A program made the translations under genes and the position numbers. A DNA stretch of 64,000 bases. It comes from a virus. Below are positions 35,699 through 45,275 of this stretch, piece after piece (the first letter of the stretch is position 1; every line of letters begins with the position of its first letter). The stretch lies in the IMG/VR virus record IMGVR_UViG_3300023296_001674; one strand, 5' to 3'. The notes under the pieces were generated by a model. It was not told the DNA's origin. It did no database searches and saw only the letters and a program-made list of their open reading frames with translations.

Positions 35699-36574
35699 TT
35701 GTTTACAGGATATGAAAGTTGGGTGGAGCAATATTTCAAAGATATTGAATCATCAGAAAAAGTCGTTATTTGTTGTAACGATACATCTGCGTGGAAAATG
35801 TATCCAGACTATAATTGGGTGTACAATAAACTTGAGTTATGCAAATCACAAAATATAGAATCTGGCCCACATGGCGTAAAGCCATCATTTGAACCTGTTT
35901 TTAGTAAACCAGTTATTAATTTATATGGTCAAAATCGTCGTGCGTTGAAAATATTCAGTTGGGAAGATGCGGAGTATTATCCTGGACATTTTTGGATGCC
36001 GGTATTTAATGGAACACATCTATCGTCTGATATGGCTTTGGTTGATGGCGTAAGTCAATGGTGTTATACAATGCAAGCATTTGAAAACGATGACGGGCAA
36101 TTAACAAGGTATGAATCTGCAAATGGCGAATTTGAAGAATTGGTTGACAAAGCAAAACTTTGGGCACTGACTAATTTAAAAGGTTATACAGGTATCGTTA
36201 ATATAGAAACCATAAATGGTAAAATTATTGATTGTCATTTGCGTATGATGCCACGATTGGTTGATTTATATAGCGAGGGTTGGTTGGAAGCAGTTTCTAT
36301 ATTATATGACAAACAAACATGGACTTTTAATCGTGGCACTGAAAGTGGATACAGTTATACGTTACGTGCATCAGAAAATGGAACATGTTTGATATCTGAT
36401 AAGGATCGATTTGATGAAATAAAAAACACAGTGAGTTCTATTCAAAAAATATTTAAAAACGATTGTAATATAGTAAAAAATGGGAGACTTGTAATAGTTA
36501 ATGGATGCGATGCAACAATAGTAAATGATGCAATAAATGAACTTAATGAAATTATTATTTTGACTGATGAATAG
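35699..36574 (+). CDS. ATP-grasp-fold enzyme (tentative), TTG start
   Basis: GAGGA lies 7 nt before TTG 35699, and there is no in-frame ATG for 32 codons. PVFSKPVINLYG......pGHFWMP...G.H.S.D and GIVNIETINGKIIDCHLRM resemble ATP-grasp segments. Confidence 0.45.
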   Translation: MFTGYESWVEQYFKDIESSEKVVICCNDTSAWKMYPDYNWVYNKLELCKSQNIESGPHGVKPSFEPVFSKPVINLYGQNRRALKIFSWEDAEYYPGHFWMPVFNGTHLSSDMALVDGVSQWCYTMQAFENDDGQLTRYESANGEFEELVDKAKLWALTNLKGYTGIVNIETINGKIIDCHLRMMPRLVDLYSEGWLEAVSILYDKQTWTFNRGTESGYSYTLRASENGTCLISDKDRFDEIKNTVSSIQKIFKNDCNIVKNGRLVIVNGCDATIVNDAINELNEIIILTDE

Positions 36575-36618
36575 ACAGTGTGTTATTATATATAAAATAA
36601 CATAATGGAATATTATAA

Positions 36619-37419
36619 ATGACAAAAATTCAAGAATTTCTACAAGAAGCTACCGTAATAGATACCGAAACTACCGGCGTAAATTTTAAAGAAGATGAAG
36701 TAGTCGAAGTTGCAGGTGGACGTTTAATAAATGATGAATGGAAAGTTGAATCGCTTCTCATGGGTTCAAATAATCCAGTTCCACCCGGTGCAAGTGCCGT
36801 TAATAACATCAGTAATAAAATGATTGCAGGGCTACCAAAATTTGATCAATGCATAGAAACTATAAATGATATTGTACATGTAGATTCAACAAAATATATG
36901 GTTGCACATAACTCCAATTTTGATAGACGAATGATGCTTGTTTCTTATGAACGAGCAAATGATACAGTATTCAATAAATTCGAAATTCAAGAAGATTGGA
37001 TTTGCACATGGAAACTGGCACAACAATTATATCCAAAAGATGGTGTGATGAAATACAGTTTGGCGTATTTGCGATACTATCTTGAGTTAGACATCAGTGA
37101 TGATATGCTTGCTCACCGCGCTGGCGCAGATGTTACAATGTGTGGCATATTGCTTCAACGATTGATAGAAGAAGCCATCAAGCAAGATAAAATCGATGAT
37201 ACACAAGACATTGGTACACAATTACAAAAACTTTGTTGGCAACGAATGAATATAGATTTATGGCCTTTAGGAAAGCACAAAGGAACTAAGATATCAGAAG
37301 TTCCAACAAAATATCTCATGTGGTGCACCGATAAAATTGATTTATTGGATGAAACTCACACTAAATTCGATAAAGATTTATTCACTTCAGTAGTAAAAGT
37401 ATTAGAATCGAGGCTGTAA
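36619..37419 (+). CDS. DnaQ/ExoX-like DEDDh 3'-5' exonuclease
   Basis: Exo I VIDTETTG, Exo II MVAHNSNFDRRM, Exo III HRAGADV. C-terminal KHKGTKISEVPTKYLMWC resembles the ExoX C-terminal module. Confidence 0.85.
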   Translation: MTKIQEFLQEATVIDTETTGVNFKEDEVVEVAGGRLINDEWKVESLLMGSNNPVPPGASAVNNISNKMIAGLPKFDQCIETINDIVHVDSTKYMVAHNSNFDRRMMLVSYERANDTVFNKFEIQEDWICTWKLAQQLYPKDGVMKYSLAYLRYYLELDISDDMLAHRAGADVTMCGILLQRLIEEAIKQDKIDDTQDIGTQLQKLCWQRMNIDLWPLGKHKGTKISEVPTKYLMWCTDKIDLLDETHTKFDKDLFTSVVKVLESRL

Positions 37420-37462
37420 TAGCCGGTTTTTAATAAATATCATTAGATCAAAGGGAGATTTA

Positions 37463-37981
37463 ATGATGTTTGGATTGGGTACACTTGGAACTAAATTAAT
37501 TATTGCTGGTATTGTAGTTGCCGTTATTAGTACTGCTGTTGGTGGGTTTTTTCTTTATCAAAAAAGCATTGTTTCGGATTTGCAAGATAAAATAGACTTT
37601 CAGGCTGAAGAAATAACGACGCTGACTGGCAATGTTATAAAGTTGAAGGCAAGCAATGAAAGCTTGGAGTTACAGGCAACAAAAAAAGCAGCAGAAACAA
37701 AAGCAGCGTATGCTGAAATAACACGCTTGCGTGTGGTAGACAGCGAATCTACGGCTCGGGTTAATGAAGTGGAAAGTATACTTCGTGATAGTAATAGAAA
37801 TAAACAATTAGATTCTGTCAGAAAATCTAAAAGAGCTAGTTTTCTACTTAGATTGATGGATTTGGATGCTACATGTCAAGTTGTTAATTTCGATAATGTT
37901 AATGGAAAATGCGTAAGAGGAAAATGGGTTCCAAAAGGAGAAAGAGTTATTGAGTTGGAGGTAAAATCCGATGAAAAATAA
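37463..37981 (+). CDS. Membrane-anchored coiled-coil protein (i-spanin-like candidate)
   Basis: N-terminal TM (LIIAGIVVAVISTAVGGFFLY) followed by coiled-coil. Overlaps the next (lipoprotein) gene by 11 nt. Confidence 0.45.
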   Translation: MMFGLGTLGTKLIIAGIVVAVISTAVGGFFLYQKSIVSDLQDKIDFQAEEITTLTGNVIKLKASNESLELQATKKAAETKAAYAEITRLRVVDSESTARVNEVESILRDSNRNKQLDSVRKSKRASFLLRLMDLDATCQVVNFDNVNGKCVRGKWVPKGERVIELEVKSDEK

Positions 37982-38531
37982 CATTTTATATGCCGTAGTA
38001 TTATTGATGGTGTTAACTGGATGTGAACAAGTGCAAAAAACTGAATCTATTAAATTGGTAACTGCTACCACTTATCCTGAATTACCAGACATCGAACCAT
38101 TATCTGATCCGGGGTTACTACCATGGAAACATAATATGCCACGCGATATGGAAGTTATGTCAGTTATAAACAACACTGCATGTCGTAAAGTTAAAACCAA
38201 AATAAATGAACGCATACCTTATGTGGTTGAACCTGTTGAAGAACAAACTAAAACATGGTGGAAAAAATGTGGTGAGCATCCAATATTTCCAGAAACTAAT
38301 ATTCATGTTGGTTTCGATTTAGAAAATTGGAATATAGTACTTTCTAATTTATTCAAATTAAAAGAACGCAATTGGCAGTATAAACAACGTGTATTGGAAA
38401 TAAATAATCAACGCGAAACATGGCGCAATCAAGCAGAGCGCGAACGTATAAAAATACCCATAGAACCACCAAAAAAAGAAGAACCAAAAGAAGAAAAATC
38501 GTTTTTTAAATCATTGTTCAGTGACGATTAA
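37971..38531 (+). CDS. Lipoprotein (o-spanin-like candidate, unusually long)
   Basis: Signal peptide plus lipobox LLMVLTG/C. P/E/K-rich C-terminus. Confidence 0.5.
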   Translation: MKNNILYAVVLLMVLTGCEQVQKTESIKLVTATTYPELPDIEPLSDPGLLPWKHNMPRDMEVMSVINNTACRKVKTKINERIPYVVEPVEEQTKTWWKKCGEHPIFPETNIHVGFDLENWNIVLSNLFKLKERNWQYKQRVLEINNQRETWRNQAERERIKIPIEPPKKEEPKEEKSFFKSLFSDD

Positions 38532-38535
38532 GTTA

Positions 38536-38564
38536 TTGACAAATATGCATTATTGACGTATATT
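38536..38564 (+). promoter_or_regulatory. sigma70-type promoter candidate abutting the dnaJ start
   Basis: TTGACA (38536-38541), 17 nt, TATATT (38559-38564). The ATG at 38571 lies 7 nt after the -10. Confidence 0.45.
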
Positions 38565-38570
38565 ATATCT

Positions 38571-39416
38571 ATGAAAAAATATTATGAAACATTAGAAGTC
38601 GAAAAAACAGCAACCGATGCCGAAATTAAAAAATCGTATCGCAAGTTGGCTATGAAATATCATCCTGATACAAATCCCGATGATGTAACAGCCGAAAATA
38701 ATTTCAAAGAAATAAATGAAGCATATGAGGTTTTATCCGACGAAACGAAAAAATCTAACTATGATACATTTGGCGATCCTGATGGTAGACCTACACCACA
38801 CACTAGCCAGCACGGTTTTGGTGGTGGTTTTCAATCAGCAACAGATTTTAATGATATTTTCAATGATATTATGAATGCACGAAGTGCACCAAAAAATGCT
38901 CATGCACAATCACAAATGACTATTACATTGGAAGAGGCGTATGTAGGATCATCAGTTGAGATAGAAATAACTAATCATAAAAATATATCATCAAAGCAAA
39001 ATATAAGAATTCCCGCTGGTATTAAACATGGTATGACGTTACGCCTTGCGGGTGCCGGTCATCATCACATTGAGGAGTTGCCACCCGGTGATTTATTGGT
39101 TAATATACAAATCACACCACATTCCATATTTACTGTGGTAGATTACAATTTAATCATGGAAGAAAAAATTAGCATGATCGAAGCCGTGTTTGGCAAGGAA
39201 ATAGAAGTTACTACATTGGCTGGAAAAACTTTGAAATTAGAAATTCCAAAAGGAACGCAACCAAATCATAAAATTCGATTAAAAGGTAAAGGAATGCCCG
39301 TATTAAACAGAAAAGATGTATTTGGTGATTTATATATAATTGTCAATGTTGAAATACCTACGAATATAACACAAAAACAACGAGATTTATTAAGTGAATT
39401 TAATGAAGTTTCTTGA
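38571..39416 (+). CDS. dnaJ: DnaJ/CbpA-like J-domain co-chaperone (no zinc-finger domain)
   Basis: J domain YYETLEVEKTATDAEIKKSYRKLAMKYHPD. G/F region GFGGGF. C-terminal beta domains. No CxxCxGxG repeats. Confidence 0.85.
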   Translation: MKKYYETLEVEKTATDAEIKKSYRKLAMKYHPDTNPDDVTAENNFKEINEAYEVLSDETKKSNYDTFGDPDGRPTPHTSQHGFGGGFQSATDFNDIFNDIMNARSAPKNAHAQSQMTITLEEAYVGSSVEIEITNHKNISSKQNIRIPAGIKHGMTLRLAGAGHHHIEELPPGDLLVNIQITPHSIFTVVDYNLIMEEKISMIEAVFGKEIEVTTLAGKTLKLEIPKGTQPNHKIRLKGKGMPVLNRKDVFGDLYIIVNVEIPTNITQKQRDLLSEFNEVS

Positions 39417-39441
39417 CAAAATATAAGTGTTAAGTTATAGT
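39413..39441 (+). promoter_or_regulatory. sigma70-type promoter candidate
   Basis: TTGACA (39413-39418, overlapping the dnaJ stop), 17 nt, TATAGT (39436-39441). 33 nt before the ATG at 39474. Confidence 0.5.
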
Positions 39442-39473
39442 TAGTTAATAGTTAATAGCACATAGGATGAAAT

Positions 39474-40004
39474 ATGATAGAAATTGTTTTAGAAGATGAT
39501 CCAGCATTAAAAATTGTTGTGCCACTATATGATTTTGACGAGCCGTTGAATATTGTAACTACACAAGATGAATTCGGTTTAACTGAATTCATTGATGCTA
39601 TGTTTGTGACCATGAAATTGAATAAAGGTCTCGGTTTGGCGGCTAATCAAATAGGACAAAACGTTCGCGTATTTGTTATGGATTTTTACGGCGAAGAATT
39701 TATTTGTATCAATCCAATAATTGAACAGTCATCAACAGAATTTACAATAGATCAAGAAGGCTGTTTAAGTTTTCCAGATTTATCATTAAATGTAAAACGA
39801 TCATCTGAAATATTTGTATCGTATTCAAATATCGATGGCGTTGAAATTCAAAGATGGTTATCTGGTATTACAGCTAGGTGTTTTCAACATGAACTAGATC
39901 ATTTGAATGGGATAACATTCGATTCACAAGTTGCAAAGCTAAGTTTAAAAATGGCTAAAGACAAAAGAAGAAAAAAAATAAAACAAAAACAAAGGAATAC
40001 CTAA
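39474..40004 (+). CDS. def: Peptide deformylase
   Basis: Motif 1 GLGLAANQIG, motif 2 EGCLSFP, motif 3 QHELDHLNG. Confidence 0.9.
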   Translation: MIEIVLEDDPALKIVVPLYDFDEPLNIVTTQDEFGLTEFIDAMFVTMKLNKGLGLAANQIGQNVRVFVMDFYGEEFICINPIIEQSSTEFTIDQEGCLSFPDLSLNVKRSSEIFVSYSNIDGVEIQRWLSGITARCFQHELDHLNGITFDSQVAKLSLKMAKDKRRKKIKQKQRNT

Positions 40005-42263
40005 ATGCCTAACGGATTTGACCAACGACACATTTCTATAATGCTTCAAAAAGCAGTAACATTAGCAGAAAAATACGATCACATATATATAACATTAGAA
40101 CATATCAGTTTAGTATTACTGGATGATAAGTCCGTTGATCACGGTATTAAAGAATGCGGCGGCGACATAAAACTTATTAAAGAAATGGTTTTGACTGCAT
40201 TGTTAGATGAAGCAGATATAACTGAAGCAGGAACTGAGCCACAACCAACAAGAGCAGTCATCAATGTTATTCAACGGGCAATCCAGCATTCTGTTGGATC
40301 AGGCCGCAATACAGTTGAACCATTTTATCTTATGGCAAGTTTGTTAATGGAAAAAGATTCCGTTGCTGTATGGGCATTAGCACAACAAAATGTTGATCGT
40401 GTAAGTTTTATTAGAACTATAAATGTTCCACCATCAGGACAAAATAAAGGTGGCCCGATGAATGAACTCGATCCTATAACGGGTCAACCTATGCCACAAC
40501 CTGAAAATGCATTAAGAGATTATTGTGTTAATTTGAATGAAAAGGTAATTGCTGGTGATATTGATCCATTGATAGGTCGCGAAAAAGAAATTGAACGGTC
40601 ACTACAAGTTTTATCTAGACGACGCAAAAACAATCCATTGCTTGTTGGTGAGCCAGGAGTTGGTAAAACCGCTATTGCAGAAGGATTGGCATGGAAAATT
40701 GTTAATGAAACCGTGCCAAATTATATCAAAGATTCTATTGTATATTCGTTGGATATTGGTGCACTTATGGCTGGTGCCAAATTTCGCGGTGATGTCGAAG
40801 AACGATTAAAAGCGGTTCTTGCCGGATTGGAAGAAGTTGGCAAAACCAACAAAACCATATTATTCATTGATGAAATTCATACCATTATTGGTGCGGGTGC
40901 TACATCAGGTGGAAGTATGGATGTTAGTAACCTATTGAAACCCGCACTTGCTGCTGGTTCATTACGTTGCATGGGTTCCACCACATATGCTGAATATAAT
41001 AAGTATTTCGAAAAAGATGCGGCACTTAAGCGTCGTTTCAAAAAAATTGATATTATTGAACCTACTGTTGATGAAACAAAAACTATTATCAAAGGTTTGG
41101 CAAAATATTTTGCTGAGTATCATGAAGTTAAATTCACAAAAGAAGCATTAATGAGTGCAGTTGATTTATCCGTTAAGCATATACACGATAACAAACTTCC
41201 AGATAAAGCGATTGATGTTATTGATGAGGCGGCGGCAGCACAAAGATTATTCGATGGCGAAGATCGCCTTGAAATCATTGATGTTAAACAAATTGAAGAA
41301 ACCGTTGCAAAGATTGCAAGGATTTCTATTGATGCAACATCAAAAACCGACAAAGATAGATTGCGTAACCTTGCAGAAAATCTAACAACACATGTGTTTG
41401 GTCAAGAAGAAGCGATTGATGTTCTAACCAAGGCAGTTAAATTAAGCAAATCTGGATTGCGTGAAGAAAATAAACCGATTGGTAATTTCTTATTCAGTGG
41501 ACCTACAGGCGTAGGTAAAACCGAAGTTGCAAAACGTCTTGCCGATGAACTAGACGTTCCGTTGGTGCGATTTGATATGTCTGAATATATGCAAAAGCAC
41601 GAAGTGTCTAAACTTATTGGATCGCCACCTGGTTATGTTGGTCATGATGATAGTGATGGATTTTTAATTGAAGAAATTGATAAGCATAATTATTGTGTTT
41701 TATTGTTAGATGAAATCGAAAAAGCACACCAAGATATATTCAACGTTCTGTTACAAGTTATGGATAATGCAACACTAACCGGTGGTCGCAATAAAACAGT
41801 GCGCTTTGACAATGTTATAATCATCATGACATCAAATGCTGGTGCATCAGACCTTGCAAAAGAAGTTATGGGATTTGGCAACGAAGAGCGAGTTGGCGAT
41901 GATCTTATAGCCATCGAAAAATTATTTACACCTGAATTTAGAAATCGTTTGGATAAAATCGTTGGATTTAAACCATTACAACAAGAAATAATGAATAAAG
42001 TTGTTGTTAAATTTATAAAACAATTGAAAGTTCAACTTAAAACACAGGATGTTAAACTTACGTTGATGAAGAAAGCCATTGAGTGGCTTGCCGTTAAAGG
42101 ATACAGTTCCAAATATGGAGCACGACCACTTTCGCGTGTAATAGACAATCATATCAAGCAGCCAATATCTGAAGAGTTATTATTTGGTCAACTTGAAAAT
42201 GGTGGTTCAGTTAAAATTGACATCGTTGAAGACGAACTTGAATTCACTTACAAACCAAAATAA
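40005..42263 (+). CDS. clpA: ClpA-type double-AAA+ unfoldase
   Basis: N-domain [67 protein letters not shown]2 [13 protein letters not shown] and [10 protein letters not shown]. About 750 aa without a long ClpB middle domain. MGFG loop in the ClpP-docking position. Confidence 0.9.
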   Translation: MPNGFDQRHISIMLQKAVTLAEKYDHIYITLEHISLVLLDDKSVDHGIKECGGDIKLIKEMVLTALLDEADITEAGTEPQPTRAVINVIQRAIQHSVGSGRNTVEPFYLMASLLMEKDSVAVWALAQQNVDRVSFIRTINVPPSGQNKGGPMNELDPITGQPMPQPENALRDYCVNLNEKVIAGDIDPLIGREKEIERSLQVLSRRRKNNPLLVGEPGVGKTAIAEGLAWKIVNETVPNYIKDSIVYSLDIGALMAGAKFRGDVEERLKAVLAGLEEVGKTNKTILFIDEIHTIIGAGATSGGSMDVSNLLKPALAAGSLRCMGSTTYAEYNKYFEKDAALKRRFKKIDIIEPTVDETKTIIKGLAKYFAEYHEVKFTKEALMSAVDLSVKHIHDNKLPDKAIDVIDEAAAAQRLFDGEDRLEIIDVKQIEETVAKIARISIDATSKTDKDRLRNLAENLTTHVFGQEEAIDVLTKAVKLSKSGLREENKPIGNFLFSGPTGVGKTEVAKRLADELDVPLVRFDMSEYMQKHEVSKLIGSPPGYVGHDDSDGFLIEEIDKHNYCVLLLDEIEKAHQDIFNVLLQVMDNATLTGGRNKTVRFDNVIIIMTSNAGASDLAKEVMGFGNEERVGDDLIAIEKLFTPEFRNRLDKIVGFKPLQQEIMNKVVVKFIKQLKVQLKTQDVKLTLMKKAIEWLAVKGYSSKYGARPLSRVIDNHIKQPISEELLFGQLENGGSVKIDIVEDELEFTYKPK

Positions 42264-42277
42264 CGGAATAATACGCG

Positions 42278-42463
42278 ATGACAGAAGTATTAAAATCATT
42301 ATATATACAAAGTGAAATATCGCGCATAACTAAACGCATTAAACAATATAATCAAATTTACCATTCGTTAGAAATAAAAGATTTGAATTTAAAACGATTG
42401 ATAACTAATAAACAACGAGAAATAGATATCTTAGATATGATATCAAGAGGAAACAATCAATGA
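42278..42463 (+). CDS. Hypothetical small protein
   Basis: Coupled to the next gene (ATGA overlap). Confidence 0.45.
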   Translation: MTEVLKSLYIQSEISRITKRIKQYNQIYHSLEIKDLNLKRLITNKQREIDILDMISRGNNQ

Positions 42464-42783
42464 CTGAAATAGAAACAAGAGCTACATTATTCGCCGTAAA
42501 ATCTATGTTCCCAGCAGAACACATTGAAACAGCCAATCGATTAGAATGGTGTCAAGAAAACAACATGGAATTTTTTAATGTTAGCATTCGTGGCACCAAA
42601 GTGGGTGATGTATTTTATGACGAACAAGAAATGCAAGAAATTGGCGTTCTTGAATTGCTTGATGCAGATGGTGTCAAAAAAGGCGAGATAAACCTTGAAA
42701 CATTACCACCAATCAACATCGGTATGGGATTTGTGTTTCATGATGAAACAGATGCCGCAGCATTTAAGCTGCAATGGAACTAA
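42460..42783 (+). CDS. AFKLRW-tail family small protein (...DAAAFKLQWN)
   Basis: LEWCQEN plus C-terminal DAAAFKLQW. Confidence 0.65.
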   Translation: MTEIETRATLFAVKSMFPAEHIETANRLEWCQENNMEFFNVSIRGTKVGDVFYDEQEMQEIGVLELLDADGVKKGEINLETLPPINIGMGFVFHDETDAAAFKLQWN

Positions 42784-42977
42784 TAAAAGTATCAGTTGGC
42801 AGTGATACAAATTTAGTTGATAATTCTATAATATGGTGCAAAGAAAATAATATAAACTTTGAAAAATATGAACCAATTCATAAATCTAATAAATTTGATC
42901 GTGATATAATCGTTGGTTTTATTTTTTATTTTTTAGCAGAAGAGGACGCGTTTGCATTTAAACTGCGATGGGTTTAA
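42774..42977 (+). CDS. AFKLRW-tail family small protein (...DAFAFKLRWV)
   Basis: IIWCKEN plus C-terminal AFKLRW. Its ATG is embedded in the CAATGG (Q-W) codons of the upstream tail (10-nt overlap). Confidence 0.65.
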   Translation: MELIKVSVGSDTNLVDNSIIWCKENNINFEKYEPIHKSNKFDRDIIVGFIFYFLAEEDAFAFKLRWV

Positions 42978-42980
42978 GTG

Positions 42981-43009
42981 TTGACATTACCATATTATTA
43001 ATATATTAT
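42981..43009 (+). promoter_or_regulatory. sigma70-type promoter candidate
   Basis: TTGACA (42981-42986), 17 nt, TATTAT (43004-43009). 35 nt before the ATG at 43044. Confidence 0.55.
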
Positions 43010-43043
43010 ATAGTATAGTGAAAATAGAGAAGGATTATAAAAT

Positions 43044-43823
43044 ATGAAATTTACATTTCTAGGTGCAGGTAGCGCATTTACGATGGAAAACTATCAATCT
43101 AATATGATAGTGACATCAGATTCTGGAAAAAATTTATTAATTGATTGCGGTGGCGATGTGCGCCATAGTATGAAAGCGGCAGGATTTGGCGTAGCCGATA
43201 TTGATGCGATATATGTCAGTCATCTACATTCAGATCACACTTCTGGAATCGAATGGTTGGCGTTTAATACATATTTTAATGATGCCTTAAAACAACCAAA
43301 AATGTTTATCAATGAAAAACTTTCACGTGAACTTTGGGAAAATACACTACAAGGTGGACTTGGAAGCATACAAGGAAAAATAACCACCCTTGATTCATAT
43401 TTTGAAGTTACTCGTGTTATAAAAAACAAATGTTTCATTTGGGAGGATATTGAATTTAGACTCGTTCAAGTGATTCATTATATGGATGGATTTGACATTG
43501 TTCCATCATATGGTTTGTTGTTTACAGTGAATGGATTGAGATATTTCTTAACTACTGATGCTCAACATGCTCCTTCGCAAATTCAAGATTTTTACAACAT
43601 GAGTGATGTTATCTTTCAAGATTGTGAAACTACCCCGTTTGCATCCGGTGTTCATGCGCACTATGAAGAACTTATAACACTTAATGAAGAAACAAAAGCC
43701 AAAATGATACTATATCATTATTCAGATGGCGACAAGAAAGATTGCACCAACGATGGATTTAGATGTTGGGCAACAAATCAAATGGAAATTGATTTAAATA
43801 CAGGAACGGTAATTAACGCATGA
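43044..43823 (+). CDS. Metallo-beta-lactamase-fold hydrolase (RNase Z/PhnP-like)
   Basis: LLIDCGG, then the HxHxDH motif SHLHSDHTSG, then a later TTDAQH. Confidence 0.75.
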   Translation: MKFTFLGAGSAFTMENYQSNMIVTSDSGKNLLIDCGGDVRHSMKAAGFGVADIDAIYVSHLHSDHTSGIEWLAFNTYFNDALKQPKMFINEKLSRELWENTLQGGLGSIQGKITTLDSYFEVTRVIKNKCFIWEDIEFRLVQVIHYMDGFDIVPSYGLLFTVNGLRYFLTTDAQHAPSQIQDFYNMSDVIFQDCETTPFASGVHAHYEELITLNEETKAKMILYHYSDGDKKDCTNDGFRCWATNQMEIDLNTGTVINA

Positions 43824-44023
43824 CAAAAACGTGGTGGTTTTGGATAATGTTAGCATTGGGTATTATAATACAATATCCATTTGAATTATTCACTTATGGA
43901 ATGTTGCTAGAGTCAGGCGTGGCTGCATTTTTAGGACTCACATCTGGACTAAATATTTTAGAATATTATATGTGGGTTTTGGTGCTATATGCATATCATA
44001 TGGACAAATTATATATTAAATAA
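43820..44023 (+). CDS. Small membrane protein
   Basis: Two hydrophobic segments. ATGA overlap. Confidence 0.5.
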   Translation: MTKTWWFWIMLALGIIIQYPFELFTYGMLLESGVAAFLGLTSGLNILEYYMWVLVLYAYHMDKLYIK

Positions 44024-44055
44024 TATAGACAATCTAACACAAAAATGGTATTATA

Positions 44056-44364
44056 ATGGCAGAACTAAGTGAAGATGAAGAATTAAAACAACTATTAGAC
44101 GACGATGATTTAAGAGATTATTTCAACGGACGCGACCCTAATAGAAAAAAATCAGACCCTTTTATATCTGAAGAGACCGCGAACCGTCATAGAGGAAAAT
44201 CCACTGTTTTAACGACAAAGGATGTTCCAGAAGAAAAACAAGAAACACACGGAATATCTTTTACACAACACGTTAAAAGCATTAAAGAAACAGCTAGGCA
44301 ATACATGTGGATAGGCATATCTGTTGGATTATTCTTAGCAATTATCATAACCTTAATATTATAG
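44056..44364 (+). CDS. Tail-anchored membrane protein
   Basis: Charged N-terminal region and a C-terminal TM (WIGISVGLFLAIIITLIL). Confidence 0.5.
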   Translation: MAELSEDEELKQLLDDDDLRDYFNGRDPNRKKSDPFISEETANRHRGKSTVLTTKDVPEEKQETHGISFTQHVKSIKETARQYMWIGISVGLFLAIIITLIL

Positions 44365-44373
44365 AGGAAAAAT

Positions 44374-44745
44374 ATGCAATCTATCGATACATTTATGGCC
44401 GATTGGTCATCTAGACAAGATGCACCGGCACATACTTCCCGTGCTAAAATTTATGAACATTTATTAGTTGAGCTAACAAAGAGCGCACGCGACAATAAAA
44501 CGGTTCGTATTAACCACATTAAATCAACATATAACAGAAGTGGCGATTTAAGAACTTTCTTGAAATGGATTACTGGCGAAGCTGATCAAAAATCATTTTC
44601 GTTAACTATGGCAGTTCAACCATCTGGTCGTCATTTTGAAGATGCCCCCAACAAAGATAAGTTGAAAACTGTCGCAGAAAAGTATGGATTTAGGGTCAAA
44701 TTTGAATATCCTGATAATCAAGGGTATGAGATGGAACGAAACTAG
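44374..44745 (+). CDS. Hypothetical protein
   Basis: AGAGGAAA RBS. Followed by a strong terminator. Confidence 0.55.
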   Translation: MQSIDTFMADWSSRQDAPAHTSRAKIYEHLLVELTKSARDNKTVRINHIKSTYNRSGDLRTFLKWITGEADQKSFSLTMAVQPSGRHFEDAPNKDKLKTVAEKYGFRVKFEYPDNQGYEMERN

Positions 44746-44765
44746 GATTCCGAACGTATGTTAAC

Positions 44766-44805
44766 AAAAAAGGCTACAACGATAAATATTGGTGTAGCCT
44801 TTTTT
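44766..44805 (+). terminator. Rho-independent terminator
   Basis: AAAAAAGGCTACA-(loop)-TGTAGCCTTTTTT. GC-containing stem flanked by an A-tract and a T-tract, so possibly bidirectional. Confidence 0.75.
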
Positions 44806-44984
44806 ATGGGAAATTATTGATACATGGAAGACAAAAAAGATTTATGGTGGGTGCTTTACGAATATGGATTATATGATGCTATTAAAATTATATATCCCCC
44901 ACCTTGGAATTTTACATATATATCAAAAAACTAGCATATAAGGTTATTAAACTGATAATATAACTAATACGGGTGGAAAAAACT

Positions 44985-45221
44985 ATGAAAAACATTAGAC
45001 CTGCTACCGATTATAAAATATCTTGTCAAATTACTGAATACTTTGCGGAATATAACGAAATAAGCAAATGTGTTGAAATGCTATCAGAAAAAATAGATAA
45101 TACATCATTATCACCAAAAGAAATGGATATGATTCATCAAGAATTGGATGAAAACATGGGAAAACTGGAGGAAGTATCTGGCATCCTTGCAGATTTGGGT
45201 TATATACGATTATATGATTAA
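44985..45221 (+). CDS. Hypothetical small protein
   Basis: ATG 44985 after GGGTGGA. GTG 44973 is the alternative. Confidence 0.5.
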   Translation: MKNIRPATDYKISCQITEYFAEYNEISKCVEMLSEKIDNTSLSPKEMDMIHQELDENMGKLEEVSGILADLGYIRLYD

Positions 45222-45275
45222 ATAATGACTATTTACTAAATTTATGCTACAATAATAAAAAATAAGGAAGCATTA

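Noticed and set aside
35601-35858. 85-aa ORF bridging the 34973 and 35699 genes.
   Set aside because: It overlaps the better-supported TTG-initiated ATP-grasp-like ORF, which has GAGGA 7 nt upstream. Its translation is basic and low-complexity, and it has no RBS.
37412-37431. Possible terminator after the exonuclease gene (GGCT-GTAAT-AGCC followed by GGTTTTT).
   Set aside because: The stem is only 4 bp. That is too weak to call, although the T-tract is suggestive.
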